Positions 31,216-40,788 of a DNA stretch of 64,000 nucleotides are shown here, one piece after another; position 1 is the first letter of the stretch; each line of letters opens with the position of its first letter. The DNA is taken from contig JBBDYH010000167.1 of assembly GCA_040901795.1 (NCBI GenBank), forward strand, positions 165,314-229,313. Direction: 5' to 3'. The translations under genes were made by a program, and so were the position numbers. The notes beneath the pieces were generated by a model that searched no databases, was not told the DNA's origin, and was given only the letters and a program-made list of their open reading frames with translations. The stretch is from Pirellulales bacterium (GTDB taxonomy: Bacteria; Planctomycetota; Planctomycetia; Pirellulales; JALHPA01).

Positions 31216-31315
31216 CGTTCCCAGAAAAATCAGCCGGCACGCGCTAGCGTCCGGTTCGCAAGAAACCGTGGGCTAGCGCCCTGCGGCTGCATTCCAAAAA
31301 ATCGCGGAGCGAGCC

Positions 31316-32686
31316 ATGGCCATCCGACTTGAAGTCATCCAGTTCTTCGACGAGGCGAACCGTTCGCTGGTGCATCGCGAGCCGCCGGAGGGCTCGGCCG
31401 ACATCAAGCTCGGCGCGCAGCTCATCGTGCAGCAAAACCAGGAGGCGGTCTTCTTTCGCGACGGCAAGGCCATGGACCAGTTCGGTCCGGGCCGCCACAC
31501 GCTGACGACGGCCAATGTGCCGATCCTCACGCGGCTCTTGACCATCCCCTGGGAAAAGTCGCCGTTCCAGGCGTCGGTGTACTTCATCGGTAAACAGACG
31601 TTTCTCGATCAGAAGTGGGGCACGCGGCAGGCGATCACGTTTCGCGACCGCGACTTTGGCATGGTCCGCCTGCGCTCGTTCGGAAAATACTCCTTTCGCG
31701 TGGCCGACAGTGCTCTGTTGATCAACACGCTCGTCGGCACGCAAGGCAAGTACACGACCGACGAGGTCACGAGCTTCCAGAAGGATCTCATCGTTTCGCG
31801 GCTCACCGATATGCTGGGCCAGGCCGGCCTCAGCCTGCTCGAGCTGCCGTCACGCTACGAAGCGATCGCCTCGGGCACGCGGGCCAAAGTTGCCGAAGAG
31901 TTCGCCAAGTATGGACTCGAGCTCGTCGACCTGTTTGTCAACGCCATCACGCCCCCCGAAGAGGTGCAGAAGGCGATCGACGCGCGGAGCTCGATGGGTG
32001 TTGTCGGCGATCTCAATGCCTTCATGAAGTTCCAGGCGGCCCGTAGCATGGCCAACCTCGCCGAGCGCGGCGGCGGCGATGCGGGGGCGATGGGAATGGG
32101 TTTTGGCGCGGGCTTCGGCATGATGATGCCGCAGATGCTCCGCGAGGCCATGACGGCTGGCGGAGCGGCTGGAGCGGCGCCCGCGGTACCGCCCCGAACT
32201 AGCGCCACACCTTCGGCCGGCGCACCGGTCGCCGCAAGCGGCGGGTTAGGATTGGACTTCTCGGAGCTCGCCCGCACGACCACGGACCCGAAGACCGTCG
32301 TGCGGCAGGTGTGCGAAAGCTCCGGCTATGCGGTCGAGGAGCAAGGCGATGCCTGGCAGGTGACGGTGCCGATCGGCGGACTGCGCAAGCAGGTCGTCAC
32401 CGTTCGCTATGACCAGAAGGATCCGCAAGGGCACCCGATTGTCGCCTACCAGTCGTCGTGCGGCCCGGTGAACGAGCAAACCGCGCTGACGCTACTGCGC
32501 TATAACACCAAAATGGTCCACGGCGCCTTTGCGGTGCAAAAGGTGGGCGAAACCGAAATGGTCATGATCCAAGCCAACCAACTCGTCGACATGCTGAACG
32601 TCATCGGCGTGACGCAAGTGCTTTCGGCCGTCGCCTGGCAGGCCGATCAGGTGGAAGAGAAAATGATGGGCACGGATACGCTTTGA
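31316..32686 (+). CDS. SPFH/band-7 domain protein with C-terminal YbjN-like (T3SS-chaperone-like) domain
   Basis: The N-terminal ~270 aa resembles an SPFH fold ([26 protein letters not shown]...). A Gly/Ala/Met-rich linker follows. The C-terminal ~130 aa ([18 protein letters not shown]...[13 protein letters not shown]) resembles YbjN-type sensory-transduction regulator domains. Confidence 0.55.
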   Translation: MAIRLEVIQFFDEANRSLVHREPPEGSADIKLGAQLIVQQNQEAVFFRDGKAMDQFGPGRHTLTTANVPILTRLLTIPWEKSPFQASVYFIGKQTFLDQKWGTRQAITFRDRDFGMVRLRSFGKYSFRVADSALLINTLVGTQGKYTTDEVTSFQKDLIVSRLTDMLGQAGLSLLELPSRYEAIASGTRAKVAEEFAKYGLELVDLFVNAITPPEEVQKAIDARSSMGVVGDLNAFMKFQAARSMANLAERGGGDAGAMGMGFGAGFGMMMPQMLREAMTAGGAAGAAPAVPPRTSATPSAGAPVAASGGLGLDFSELARTTTDPKTVVRQVCESSGYAVEEQGDAWQVTVPIGGLRKQVVTVRYDQKDPQGHPIVAYQSSCGPVNEQTALTLLRYNTKMVHGAFAVQKVGETEMVMIQANQLVDMLNVIGVTQVLSAVAWQADQVEEKMMGTDTL

Positions 32687-32716
32687 CCAGCTCACAACAC
32701 GCGACGGACCAGCTCG

Positions 32717-32752
32717 CGTTGGAGTTCAAGCCTTAGCTTGTCCGCGCAGCTC
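32717..32752. repeat. 35-bp repeat copy GCGTTGGAGTTCAAGCCTTAGCTTGTCCGCGCAGC at the 5' edge of the Rhs remnant
   Basis: It is a near-identical direct copy of 63258-63300, where TTGGAG is duplicated. It contains the hairpin CAAGC-ctta-GCTTG. Confidence 0.5.
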
Positions 32753-33010
32753 GGTTGCCGGCGAGTCGCACTACTACCTGATCGACCCGAGCACTGGCGA
32801 CGTGCTCTTCGACCAGAACGGGAGCACGGTCTATGCGTCGCTGACCGACACCGTCCGCGATTTGGTCAACAACAGCGGCCAAATTGTTAACCACTTCGTC
32901 TACGACGCCTTCGGCAACCGCCGATCAGAAACGAATCCCCAAGGCGGCGCCGTTCCCTTCTCACCGCAGATGGGCTTCACCGGCCAGTGGTTCGATGCCG
33001 TCACAGCACT
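32751..33010 (+). pseudogene. Rhs/YD-repeat core C-terminal remnant (no start, truncated before the DPxGL cleavage motif)
   Basis: Frame translation gives GESHYYLIDPSTGDVLFDQNGSTVYASLTD...VYDAFGNRRSETNPQGGAVPFSPQMGFTGQWFDAVTAL. This matches the terminal YD repeats and the Rhs core NPFR(F)TGQ..D.ETGL motif. There is no upstream ORF, and similarity is lost after FDAVTAL. Confidence 0.5.
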
Positions 33011-33169
33011 AGAGCTGTCCGCTTGCCTAGAAAATTGTTGGAGGAACCGTACGGTTCCATTACAATCCTGCTCGGACGCCCGCTCGGCCGGTCCGAGTTA
33101 CTGGCCCGTATGCAGTTCCTGCAATTGGGTGCGTTTTCGACTCCCGCCGGGTCGCAGCAGGGGTAGATC

Positions 33170-36100
33170 ATGGCCGAACAAATCGATCTTCGCGCGCTGG
33201 TTGCGCAGTTGATTGCTGACCAACGCTCGTCATGGAGCCAAGGTGTCCCCCATACGCTCGGAGTTTACCTTGCGCAATATCCGGAAATCGCTGCCGATTC
33301 CAACGCGACCGTGGCGCTCATCGCGAGCGAATTGCAGATCCGTCGCGAACTTGGCCATCGCACGGATGCAGCGGAGTACTATCACCGCTTTCCCCATTTG
33401 CGTGAGCTGCTTTCGAAGCGTCTCGGTTCAGATTCCGTCGATCCTGTTGAATTAATTGGCCATTCCGACCAGCCCGGCGACCCCTACGCGACCCGAATCC
33501 CAACGCCCGGTCTTCTCCCAACTATAGGCCTGGAGGGTAGCACAGAAGAGCCCCCCGTCAAACCATTGCGCCAGCTGCACGTTCGGTGTCCGCATTGCAA
33601 TAGTAGGATTGACGTAGCTGCTGACTGCCAGATCGGGGGCATATTGTGCGGCATATGCGGCAGCGAATTTAGCCTCATTTCAACAGTTAACGAGACCCGA
33701 TTGGCGCGGGAGAAGATTTCAATTGGTCATTTCGATCTGATCGAACAACTCGGAAGTGGATCGTTCGGGACGGTGTGGAAGGCAAGGGATAACGAGTTGG
33801 ACCGAACGGTGGCTGTGAAGATCCCAAGGAAGGGGCAGCTTTCTCCGTTCGAAGTGGAGCAATTCTTCCGTGAGGCACGTGCGTCGGCCCAATTACGGCA
33901 CCCGAACATCGTCGGCATATACGAGGTGGGCCGTAGCGACGACTCGATCTACATCGTTAGTGAGTTCATCAAAGGCTGCACTCTTGCCGATCTGGTGCAA
34001 ACCCACCCGCTTATTCCTCGTGAGTCGGCTGAGCTACTCGCCAAAGTTGCAGGAGCCCTTCATCATGCCCATGAGCGAGGCGTGATTCATCGCGATCTGA
34101 AACCAGGCAACATTCTTATCGACGAGCGTGGTACACCCCACGTAGCCGATTTTGGCCTGGCCAAGCGAAAATCGGGTGAGGTTACTATGACGCTGGATGG
34201 CCAAGTGCTTGGCACACCTGCCTACATGTCACCGGAGCAAGCGCGCGGTGAAGGCCACCAAGCGGATGCTCGAAGCGACGTGTATTCCTTAGGCGTGATT
34301 CTGTATCAGCTGCTTGCACGTCGTCTCCCGTTTCAGGGTGCTGGTGCGGTATTGATGAGCGAAATCCTACATCGAACACCGCCTCGTCTCCGTTCAATTC
34401 AAAAAAATATCCCATGTGATTTGGAGACGATTTGCCTTAAGTGCTTGGAAAAGGAGGCTCCCCATCGATATCAGACCGCAGGTGATTTGCAAGCTGACCT
34501 CGAGCGATACTTGAATGGGAAGTCTATTCACGCTCGACGGACGCCCCTGGTGACCCGTGCATGGCGATCAATTGAACGAAACCCGATTTATGCCTTGCAT
34601 TCGGTTTTAACTTTTCTAGGAGGAGTTGGCGCGGCAAAGCTGTTCTTTTCGCTTTTGCTCTTGGCCCTAATAGGCAGTGGCTACACCTATTTTGCAAGTA
34701 ACCCGCTTGGGGGAGTTGGAAACCTAGTTGCTCACCGTCAGGAGACTGACGACAACGTTCCGCAAACTGACAAAAACATCGGCTCAGAGGCAAAGGCGGA
34801 AGAGGACCGGAGAAAAGCAGAGCTGGCGAAGAATGCGCCCAAGCAGGCTTTTGCTGAGTTCCTCGCAGCCGACGAATTCAAACAGGCATCGGATATTCTG
34901 AACACGTCCCCCGTGTTCAGCGATGCCGAGAAAGCCGCTAACCGCCTCCAGCTTCAGAACGGCTGGCACTCCCATGCCGATCAAGCTTTTCTGGCCCGTG
35001 ATTATGAAACAGCGGCTGGCGACTATGCCGCACTCGTGAAGGAGTTCCCCGATCCGCTCCTCGCGGCGGACTTGAACTTAATGCAAGCCAGGTCGAGGCT
35101 GGGTGCTGGCGACCCGGACACCGCACGCACGCTGGTGGCGGGGCTCTCGCCGCCTACGCAGCGCCAGAATCCGCGTGACCGAGTGTTTTTCCTGGTCAAT
35201 CTTGTCCTCGCCGAACAAGGAAAGAGCCCTGCTGGCATCGATGAGCTGCATGCCGTCTGGAAAGAGCACCACAACCAGACTGCCGTCGGCGCAACGACCG
35301 GAAGCGAAGCGGATATCTGGACGGCCAAGCCGTTCGAAATCGATCAGCTCGAAACGACGCAATCCGCAATCGTTGCCAACTGGCTCCAAACCGCCGACAG
35401 CAGCCGCGCTCCGCAGAATGAGGCGGAGCTCAAAAAGACGCTCGGGGAACTGACCAAGATCCTCGATATGGACCCGAAAAACGTCGACGCCTGGGTGGTC
35501 AAGGGGAACATCCACCTGGCCCTGAAGCAGTGGCCAGAGGTGAGTAAGGCTGTCAAGCAGCGGTTGGCGCTCAAAAGGCTGCCGGCGCTGCAGGCCCTGA
35601 GGGATCGCGCGCGCGTGCTCGACGCCTGCTACGATCTGACCAACGTGGCGAGCGATGAGCGAACGCTGAACTCCGCGCTCGCCAGCGTACCGCAACTGAT
35701 GCGCTTTAAGAATGCACAGCCCATGTTGGCCGGCTCAGTACATTCTTTAGCCGAGCGTTTGCCTAAGTATCTCCCGGCCGCGGTGGAGGCTCTGCGCGCC
35801 ACGGCCGAATCGTCGGGTGCCGAGCCCGACCTGCGGCCCTTGTTCGCCATTTTATTGGCCAAGGATATTCGGCGTCGACTCGCCGAAGAATCCGAGTTCG
35901 CAGCCAAGGCGGACCAGTTCCTCAAGGACTGCGCATTCATCAACGAACATGGCGGAGGCGCCGATGAAGTCATTCGCGCGTGCCAAGCTGAGGCCTTACT
36001 TGCGCTCAATCAAGAAGGCGCCCTGCAGGTGCTGGGGGCGCCCGGAACGACGCCCTACTACCAGTACGTGAAAGCGCGCGCGTTGAGCCGAATGCCGGAT

Positions 36101-38461
36101 TCGGCAGCGGATCTGCGCACGACGCTGGCTGCGCTTTTTTCGCAGCCGCCCGCACCGGAATTGCGGCAGGCCAACCGAATTAAACTGGCCTTCGAGGCTC
36201 TGGAGCAACTGCTGAGTCCCAGTCTGGCGTCGGGCGCATCCGACATCGCGCAAGCGCTGAAGCCGGGTGACCCCAAGTTGTTGGATGCGACTTACGATCT
36301 GCTCCGCAGTGCCGACGGCTGGAAAGACGCCAATGCATCGCTATCGGACGTCGCGCGGGCTCATTTGGCATCCGCTGCCTGGTGGCATCCGACGAAGAAG
36401 GATGAGCGGCTAGCGCGCGATCTGACAGGTAATCTCGTCGCGGAATGGCAAAAGAATCTAAATGACGAAATCCTCGATCCCCCGCTGGTCTATCACCTGT
36501 ACTACACCTACTTGGAGGCTCACCGCACAGCGGGCGACAAGCCGACGCAGGAGGCCAATCTTGCCGTTGTTGATCGTCTCCTGTCGCTGACCAAAAAGAA
36601 GAAGCTCGACGACGGGCAGGTTCAAGCGTTCTATCGGAAAGTTGTGGCGCCTTTCGAACCTGCGGCAGCCAACCTGAAGAACCATCGTTTCTTCGCCCGC
36701 ACGGCGGAAGTGGTCGCAGATGCAGCCCACCTCGACTGGGGTTTCGCCGATGCTTCCGGGAGGAAGTTATCTGTTAACGACAAACTTGAGGGCCTCTTCA
36801 CCAGCGCAGTCAATCTGAGTGCGGCGAAGGAGCCGCAGTATTTTCTGGCCCGCGGGCGCGTCAGGCTGAATCGCAAGCCATTCGATGTGAAGGCGGTCTT
36901 GGCTGACGCCGAGGCGCTGCGGCGACACGCTCGGTTCGAGGCGAGCGCTTACACGTTGGCTGGTCATGCGCACTTCTATCAGTCACGCCAAGAGCCGACA
37001 CATGCGGCGCGACTGAAGGCCCTCGATGAATCGCTCAAGATTCTGCGACAAGCGCTCCCTTCCGGCGATCCAGGGCGGCTGAACGATGATCAGCAGGCGG
37101 AGCGTTTGTTGCTGCTGAGCTACGTCCATTTGGAACGCCGCAACTTCGCCGGTTGGGACACCAGCGCCGTGAATGATTTCGAAAAAGCGGCCGATTATGC
37201 GTTGCAGGCTGAAAAGTTCCTCAAGGGAGCGGCACTTGAGCATGCTTACTCCGCGGCAGGGAATGCCTTTGAAGACTTGGCGTGGTATACGCGCTCGGAC
37301 GTGGAACCAAATTATCAAAAGGCAGTTGAGAATTTTCGCTTTGCGATCCGCGCAAATCCAGCTTCGGTTGCCGCCCGTCTGAACCTGGGCCGCTGCTACT
37401 ACAAAATGGCGGCGGTCAGCGGCGTCAGTCCGCCCGGCGTGGGGACACTTCGGGAAATTGTGGTAAAGGCCGAAGGAGAACTGAGAGAGGCCATCAAAAT
37501 CGCTGAATCTCAATCCCACGAGAATCCCGAGGCGCATTACTGGCTGGGTAAGGTGCTGCAAGTGAAGCACCTTGAAGAAGGTACGTCCGTCGAGAAGGCG
37601 AAACAAAGGCTCAACGCCGCCGAATTCCGGGCCGCCGACGATGAGCTGTTGAAGGCCCTTGATCTGGCGGTAAAGCAAAACCTGGCCGACAATGCTCTGC
37701 GTCTGTTTGCGGTCGAGCTGGCGGAAAACGTGCTGCTGCATCCCGACTTCTACCGGGACAAATCGGCCAATAACGTGGCCCTGGCGAAGGTTGCAGCGCG
37801 GGCCGACGAACTGAAGAAGTTAAATCTGCCGCGGACGACCGGCGTTGATCTCGATCAAGAGGTGAAGGTCCTCAACGCACGCGCGAAACTGCTGGCGGAT
37901 TCCGGCCTTGCGGCGCTCGGCGAGCTCGACGAGGCGGCCCGCGACCTCCGTCAGATGGATGCGGATAAGGCCAGCGCTTCGGATGCGAAGATCATGGAGC
38001 TGCGATTTGAAGTGTTCGCCGACCTGCGCCCACGCGAGCTGACCAACAAGGTCATCGAGGACTGGCTCAACGAAGCCATCTGGTATGCCAGGCTGCCGCG
38101 GACGATCGTTCGCAAAGACCCGACTTCCGTCCTCATCACGGCGAGAAATGAGGCCGAGAAAGCTCGCTCGGATGTCGCCGGGGAAACGTTGTTTACCGCG
38201 TTTGAGCCGGCCTGGTTGCAGGCGGCAATTGAATCGTCTCCGCGGGATAAGCGCTTATCGAGTTGGTGTACGGAACTGCTCGATGACTTTGAACGTCAAG
38301 TCCGCGCCGCGGGCAACAATGCCAAAGAGCTAGCGCTAGTCGCCAACCGCATTGCGACGCGGCTGGAACGGCTCATCGATTTTCTTGACAAGCGCGGACG
38401 CGGCGGCGAAGCCGATCAGCTTCGAGCACATGCGGGGTTCTATCGCAAAATGGCAAATTGA
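33170..38461 (+). CDS. Ser/Thr protein kinase with N-terminal zinc ribbon, one TM segment and ~1250-aa C-terminal helical-repeat (TPR-like) domain
   Basis: Zn-ribbon CPHCNSRIDVAADCQIGGILCGICGSEF. Kinase motifs include GSGSFGTVWKA, VAVK, HRDLKPGNILID, DFGLAK and GTPAYMSPEQ. A transmembrane segment follows (LHSVLTFLGGVGAAKLFFSLLLLALIGSGYTYF), then a long alpha-helical low-complexity region. Confidence 0.85.
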   Translation: MAEQIDLRALVAQLIADQRSSWSQGVPHTLGVYLAQYPEIAADSNATVALIASELQIRRELGHRTDAAEYYHRFPHLRELLSKRLGSDSVDPVELIGHSDQPGDPYATRIPTPGLLPTIGLEGSTEEPPVKPLRQLHVRCPHCNSRIDVAADCQIGGILCGICGSEFSLISTVNETRLAREKISIGHFDLIEQLGSGSFGTVWKARDNELDRTVAVKIPRKGQLSPFEVEQFFREARASAQLRHPNIVGIYEVGRSDDSIYIVSEFIKGCTLADLVQTHPLIPRESAELLAKVAGALHHAHERGVIHRDLKPGNILIDERGTPHVADFGLAKRKSGEVTMTLDGQVLGTPAYMSPEQARGEGHQADARSDVYSLGVILYQLLARRLPFQGAGAVLMSEILHRTPPRLRSIQKNIPCDLETICLKCLEKEAPHRYQTAGDLQADLERYLNGKSIHARRTPLVTRAWRSIERNPIYALHSVLTFLGGVGAAKLFFSLLLLALIGSGYTYFASNPLGGVGNLVAHRQETDDNVPQTDKNIGSEAKAEEDRRKAELAKNAPKQAFAEFLAADEFKQASDILNTSPVFSDAEKAANRLQLQNGWHSHADQAFLARDYETAAGDYAALVKEFPDPLLAADLNLMQARSRLGAGDPDTARTLVAGLSPPTQRQNPRDRVFFLVNLVLAEQGKSPAGIDELHAVWKEHHNQTAVGATTGSEADIWTAKPFEIDQLETTQSAIVANWLQTADSSRAPQNEAELKKTLGELTKILDMDPKNVDAWVVKGNIHLALKQWPEVSKAVKQRLALKRLPALQALRDRARVLDACYDLTNVASDERTLNSALASVPQLMRFKNAQPMLAGSVHSLAERLPKYLPAAVEALRATAESSGAEPDLRPLFAILLAKDIRRRLAEESEFAAKADQFLKDCAFINEHGGGADEVIRACQAEALLALNQEGALQVLGAPGTTPYYQYVKARALSRMPDSAADLRTTLAALFSQPPAPELRQANRIKLAFEALEQLLSPSLASGASDIAQALKPGDPKLLDATYDLLRSADGWKDANASLSDVARAHLASAAWWHPTKKDERLARDLTGNLVAEWQKNLNDEILDPPLVYHLYYTYLEAHRTAGDKPTQEANLAVVDRLLSLTKKKKLDDGQVQAFYRKVVAPFEPAAANLKNHRFFARTAEVVADAAHLDWGFADASGRKLSVNDKLEGLFTSAVNLSAAKEPQYFLARGRVRLNRKPFDVKAVLADAEALRRHARFEASAYTLAGHAHFYQSRQEPTHAARLKALDESLKILRQALPSGDPGRLNDDQQAERLLLLSYVHLERRNFAGWDTSAVNDFEKAADYALQAEKFLKGAALEHAYSAAGNAFEDLAWYTRSDVEPNYQKAVENFRFAIRANPASVAARLNLGRCYYKMAAVSGVSPPGVGTLREIVVKAEGELREAIKIAESQSHENPEAHYWLGKVLQVKHLEEGTSVEKAKQRLNAAEFRAADDELLKALDLAVKQNLADNALRLFAVELAENVLLHPDFYRDKSANNVALAKVAARADELKKLNLPRTTGVDLDQEVKVLNARAKLLADSGLAALGELDEAARDLRQMDADKASASDAKIMELRFEVFADLRPRELTNKVIEDWLNEAIWYARLPRTIVRKDPTSVLITARNEAEKARSDVAGETLFTAFEPAWLQAAIESSPRDKRLSSWCTELLDDFERQVRAAGNNAKELALVANRIATRLERLIDFLDKRGRGGEADQLRAHAGFYRKMAN

Positions 38462-38731
38462 TAGTAAAACAAAAGGCGGATCACGCTCCTGTCGGGCCCC
38501 AAGGCCGCGCCGGAACTAGACCGGGCCCTCTATTGTTACATCGCCTTTGCGTGCTTCTCGCACATGCGGGCCATTGCTAGCGGATCAGGGAATCGAAACC
38601 TTGACCACGACGTCCCCATGGCAAATGGTGCATTGATCGTTTGGCAGCGACGCTCTGGCGTTCAACGTCGATCCGGGAACTGAAGTCGATTACCCTCGAC
38701 ACGGGAACCCGTCGGCCGACTCACACGACTA

Positions 38732-39529
38732 TCACCAAACCGTCAATTCTTCGATTGGGCCGTTCAACGGGTCAACGACGCCGGAGACCTCCTTTGTCTG
38801 CGCGGTCCGGCGTGCGATCTGGTCGATCCCCCCGACTTGGAATAGCTGCATGTGCTGCGCGCGACCCGGAGTCAGAAATACATTCTGCAACGGAGGATTT
38901 GCTCCCGCCACCGTCGGATTCTCCACAACCAGAAGGAACTGAGACACAACATGGAATGAAATATCCCAGGCATCTCGAATGGCCTGCTGCCGGCGATCAA
39001 TGTCGTTTCGGAGCACGTCATCGGGGTGCATCATGAAGTGCCTGGGGTGCCACGGTCCAGCGCGAGCAGCGGGCTCCTCAATCTTCTCTCGTAGGACAGG
39101 CTCCAGATTGACCAACCCAATAACAACACTTGTTCTCTCGGTCACCTCGTAGCGGCCGGCGAGCGGCCGCGCATAAAAGAGTTTTGACGAGCCGTCCAAG
39201 GCCATCGACGCTAGGATGCAGTGCGGTTGCTGAGGATTACCCGCCATCATGTGTGATTCAAATGACGATCTCAGAATGACGCTCACGTCCTCGAAAGAAC
39301 CCCGAAAAGATGCGTCCAGCCTCTCCTTCACTGTCGCGAGCGCGCGTTGTGCGGTGAGTACGTCGCCAGCAATCACGGCGAACACATTCGTCGCGAGTTG
39401 CCAAACTTTTTTGCCGTCGTCACGGTTCGGCTCGCCGCCCCGCGAATAACGCGAGTCCGACAGGAGCAAAATGGGAGAAACTCCAGCAGCCTTCGGATGC
39501 TCAAACTTGTAGCCGGCTGCGAGCGTCAT
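38732..39529 (-). CDS. proteasome/HslV-type Ntn-hydrolase family protein (N-terminal Thr), orphan
   Basis: Starts MTLAAGYKFEH...ILLLSDSRYSRGG...GKKVWQLATNVFAVIAGDVLTAQRALATVKERLD. This aligns to the HslV/20S beta mature N-terminus (TTIV...VVIAGDGQ..., KKVRRL...[24 protein letters not shown]). Thr1, Asp17-like and Lys33-like positions are conserved. The 265-aa length includes a C-terminal extension. Confidence 0.5.
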   Translation of the reverse strand: MTLAAGYKFEHPKAAGVSPILLLSDSRYSRGGEPNRDDGKKVWQLATNVFAVIAGDVLTAQRALATVKERLDASFRGSFEDVSVILRSSFESHMMAGNPQQPHCILASMALDGSSKLFYARPLAGRYEVTERTSVVIGLVNLEPVLREKIEEPAARAGPWHPRHFMMHPDDVLRNDIDRRQQAIRDAWDISFHVVSQFLLVVENPTVAGANPPLQNVFLTPGRAQHMQLFQVGGIDQIARRTAQTKEVSGVVDPLNGPIEELTVW

Positions 39530-40116
39530 TGTTTGGCGCGACCGAAAAGTGATGATCAGATTTACCGTTGCGGCCTATTGTAACGAAGGTTGCCTATCTT
39601 CGCGCAGAAAATGAGTGCATTGTGAGGGGGTATATACAAGGGGACCGGACGTTTCGCGCGGCGGGGGGTCTGGTTCAGATTCTGGCGGCGAATGGGTCCC
39701 CCAGATATAAGTCGCGTGTTAGAGAATCGACGATGCATCCGCCACGCCAGGGCGGACTCTGTGTCGGCACTACGCCAGATTGTCGGTTCAGCCAACCTCG
39801 CGTATGTTGCCGTCGCGCGGGCAAACCTGCGGGCGATCAAAGGGGACATTCTACTTTTCTGGGAGCCTGAACGCTTTTACCTGAGTTAGACGACGGGGAA
39901 AGGATGTTCGACCACGCGCGGTTCGAAGCACGCCGTCCGCCTCGGAATGAACATCCGCGTGCCGTTCCAGGCCTGCGACCTCCGCTTCTCGCCCGTTTTC
40001 GCCTAGCCCTGCCTGATCGCCGTCATCGGTCCCGGCGCGCCGGGATCAGCGTTGATCTGTGGCCAATTTGCCGGCCTCTTCTTCGTTGCCTTGGCTAACT
40101 TCTGTTAATTGCCCCA

Positions 40117-40146
40117 TTGACAACTGTGCCACCTATTGTCTATACT
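40117..40146 (+). promoter_or_regulatory. consensus-like sigma-70 promoter (TTGACA-N18-TATACT) ~640 nt upstream of the ABC permease gene
   Basis: Exact -35 TTGACA and near-consensus -10 TATACT lie in a 1.2-kb region with no convincing ORF. Confidence 0.35.
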
Positions 40147-40788
40147 AATGGCCACTATGACCATGACCCGTGCCGCCCCGCTGTTTGGCAATTCATAGAG
40201 AGTCACCCGGCTTCCGCGACAGGTCCGCGCCTGTCGTGAGCCCCTGGTCGAACGGCCTGTCGTTAGCCGGTCGAACGACGCCTCTTCCGTTCCGTGCGTC
40301 GAATCCGCTGAATTCAAAGCGCGTTCAAAAGTGCAATAATTCGCCGCCCAACCTACCGCGGCAATCGACGGAAATGGTGCCCCAAGCAAGACTTAGCATC
40401 GAACCGGTGCCTGCCGCCGCGGACAATTATTTCCGCTCAACCCCCATTTTCGTGCAACAACTCGCCGAGTGGAAAAAACTCCCCCGCCGCCAGCAGAGTC
40501 GCCGCCTTGCGCGCAAACAAAAGCGCGGCAATTCCCCCACGCTGACGAATTGGAAGCGTCGCATCCCGGCATGCCGCCAGAACTTGCGGAGAGCTACGCT
40601 GACGGCGATGCCCGAATTACCGCGCAGAATCCGTGATTTGAATTATTTTTGCGAAAATCCAATTCCGGTGCGCATCAAACCATCCGCCGCGGCCGTCCTC
40701 TTGAAAACCACGTCGGTCTCGCCGAGCATGGCCACAATCGCCTTTGCGGCCAGCACTTTGTCGTCTCCCCCCGCAACCAACAGTGCCA

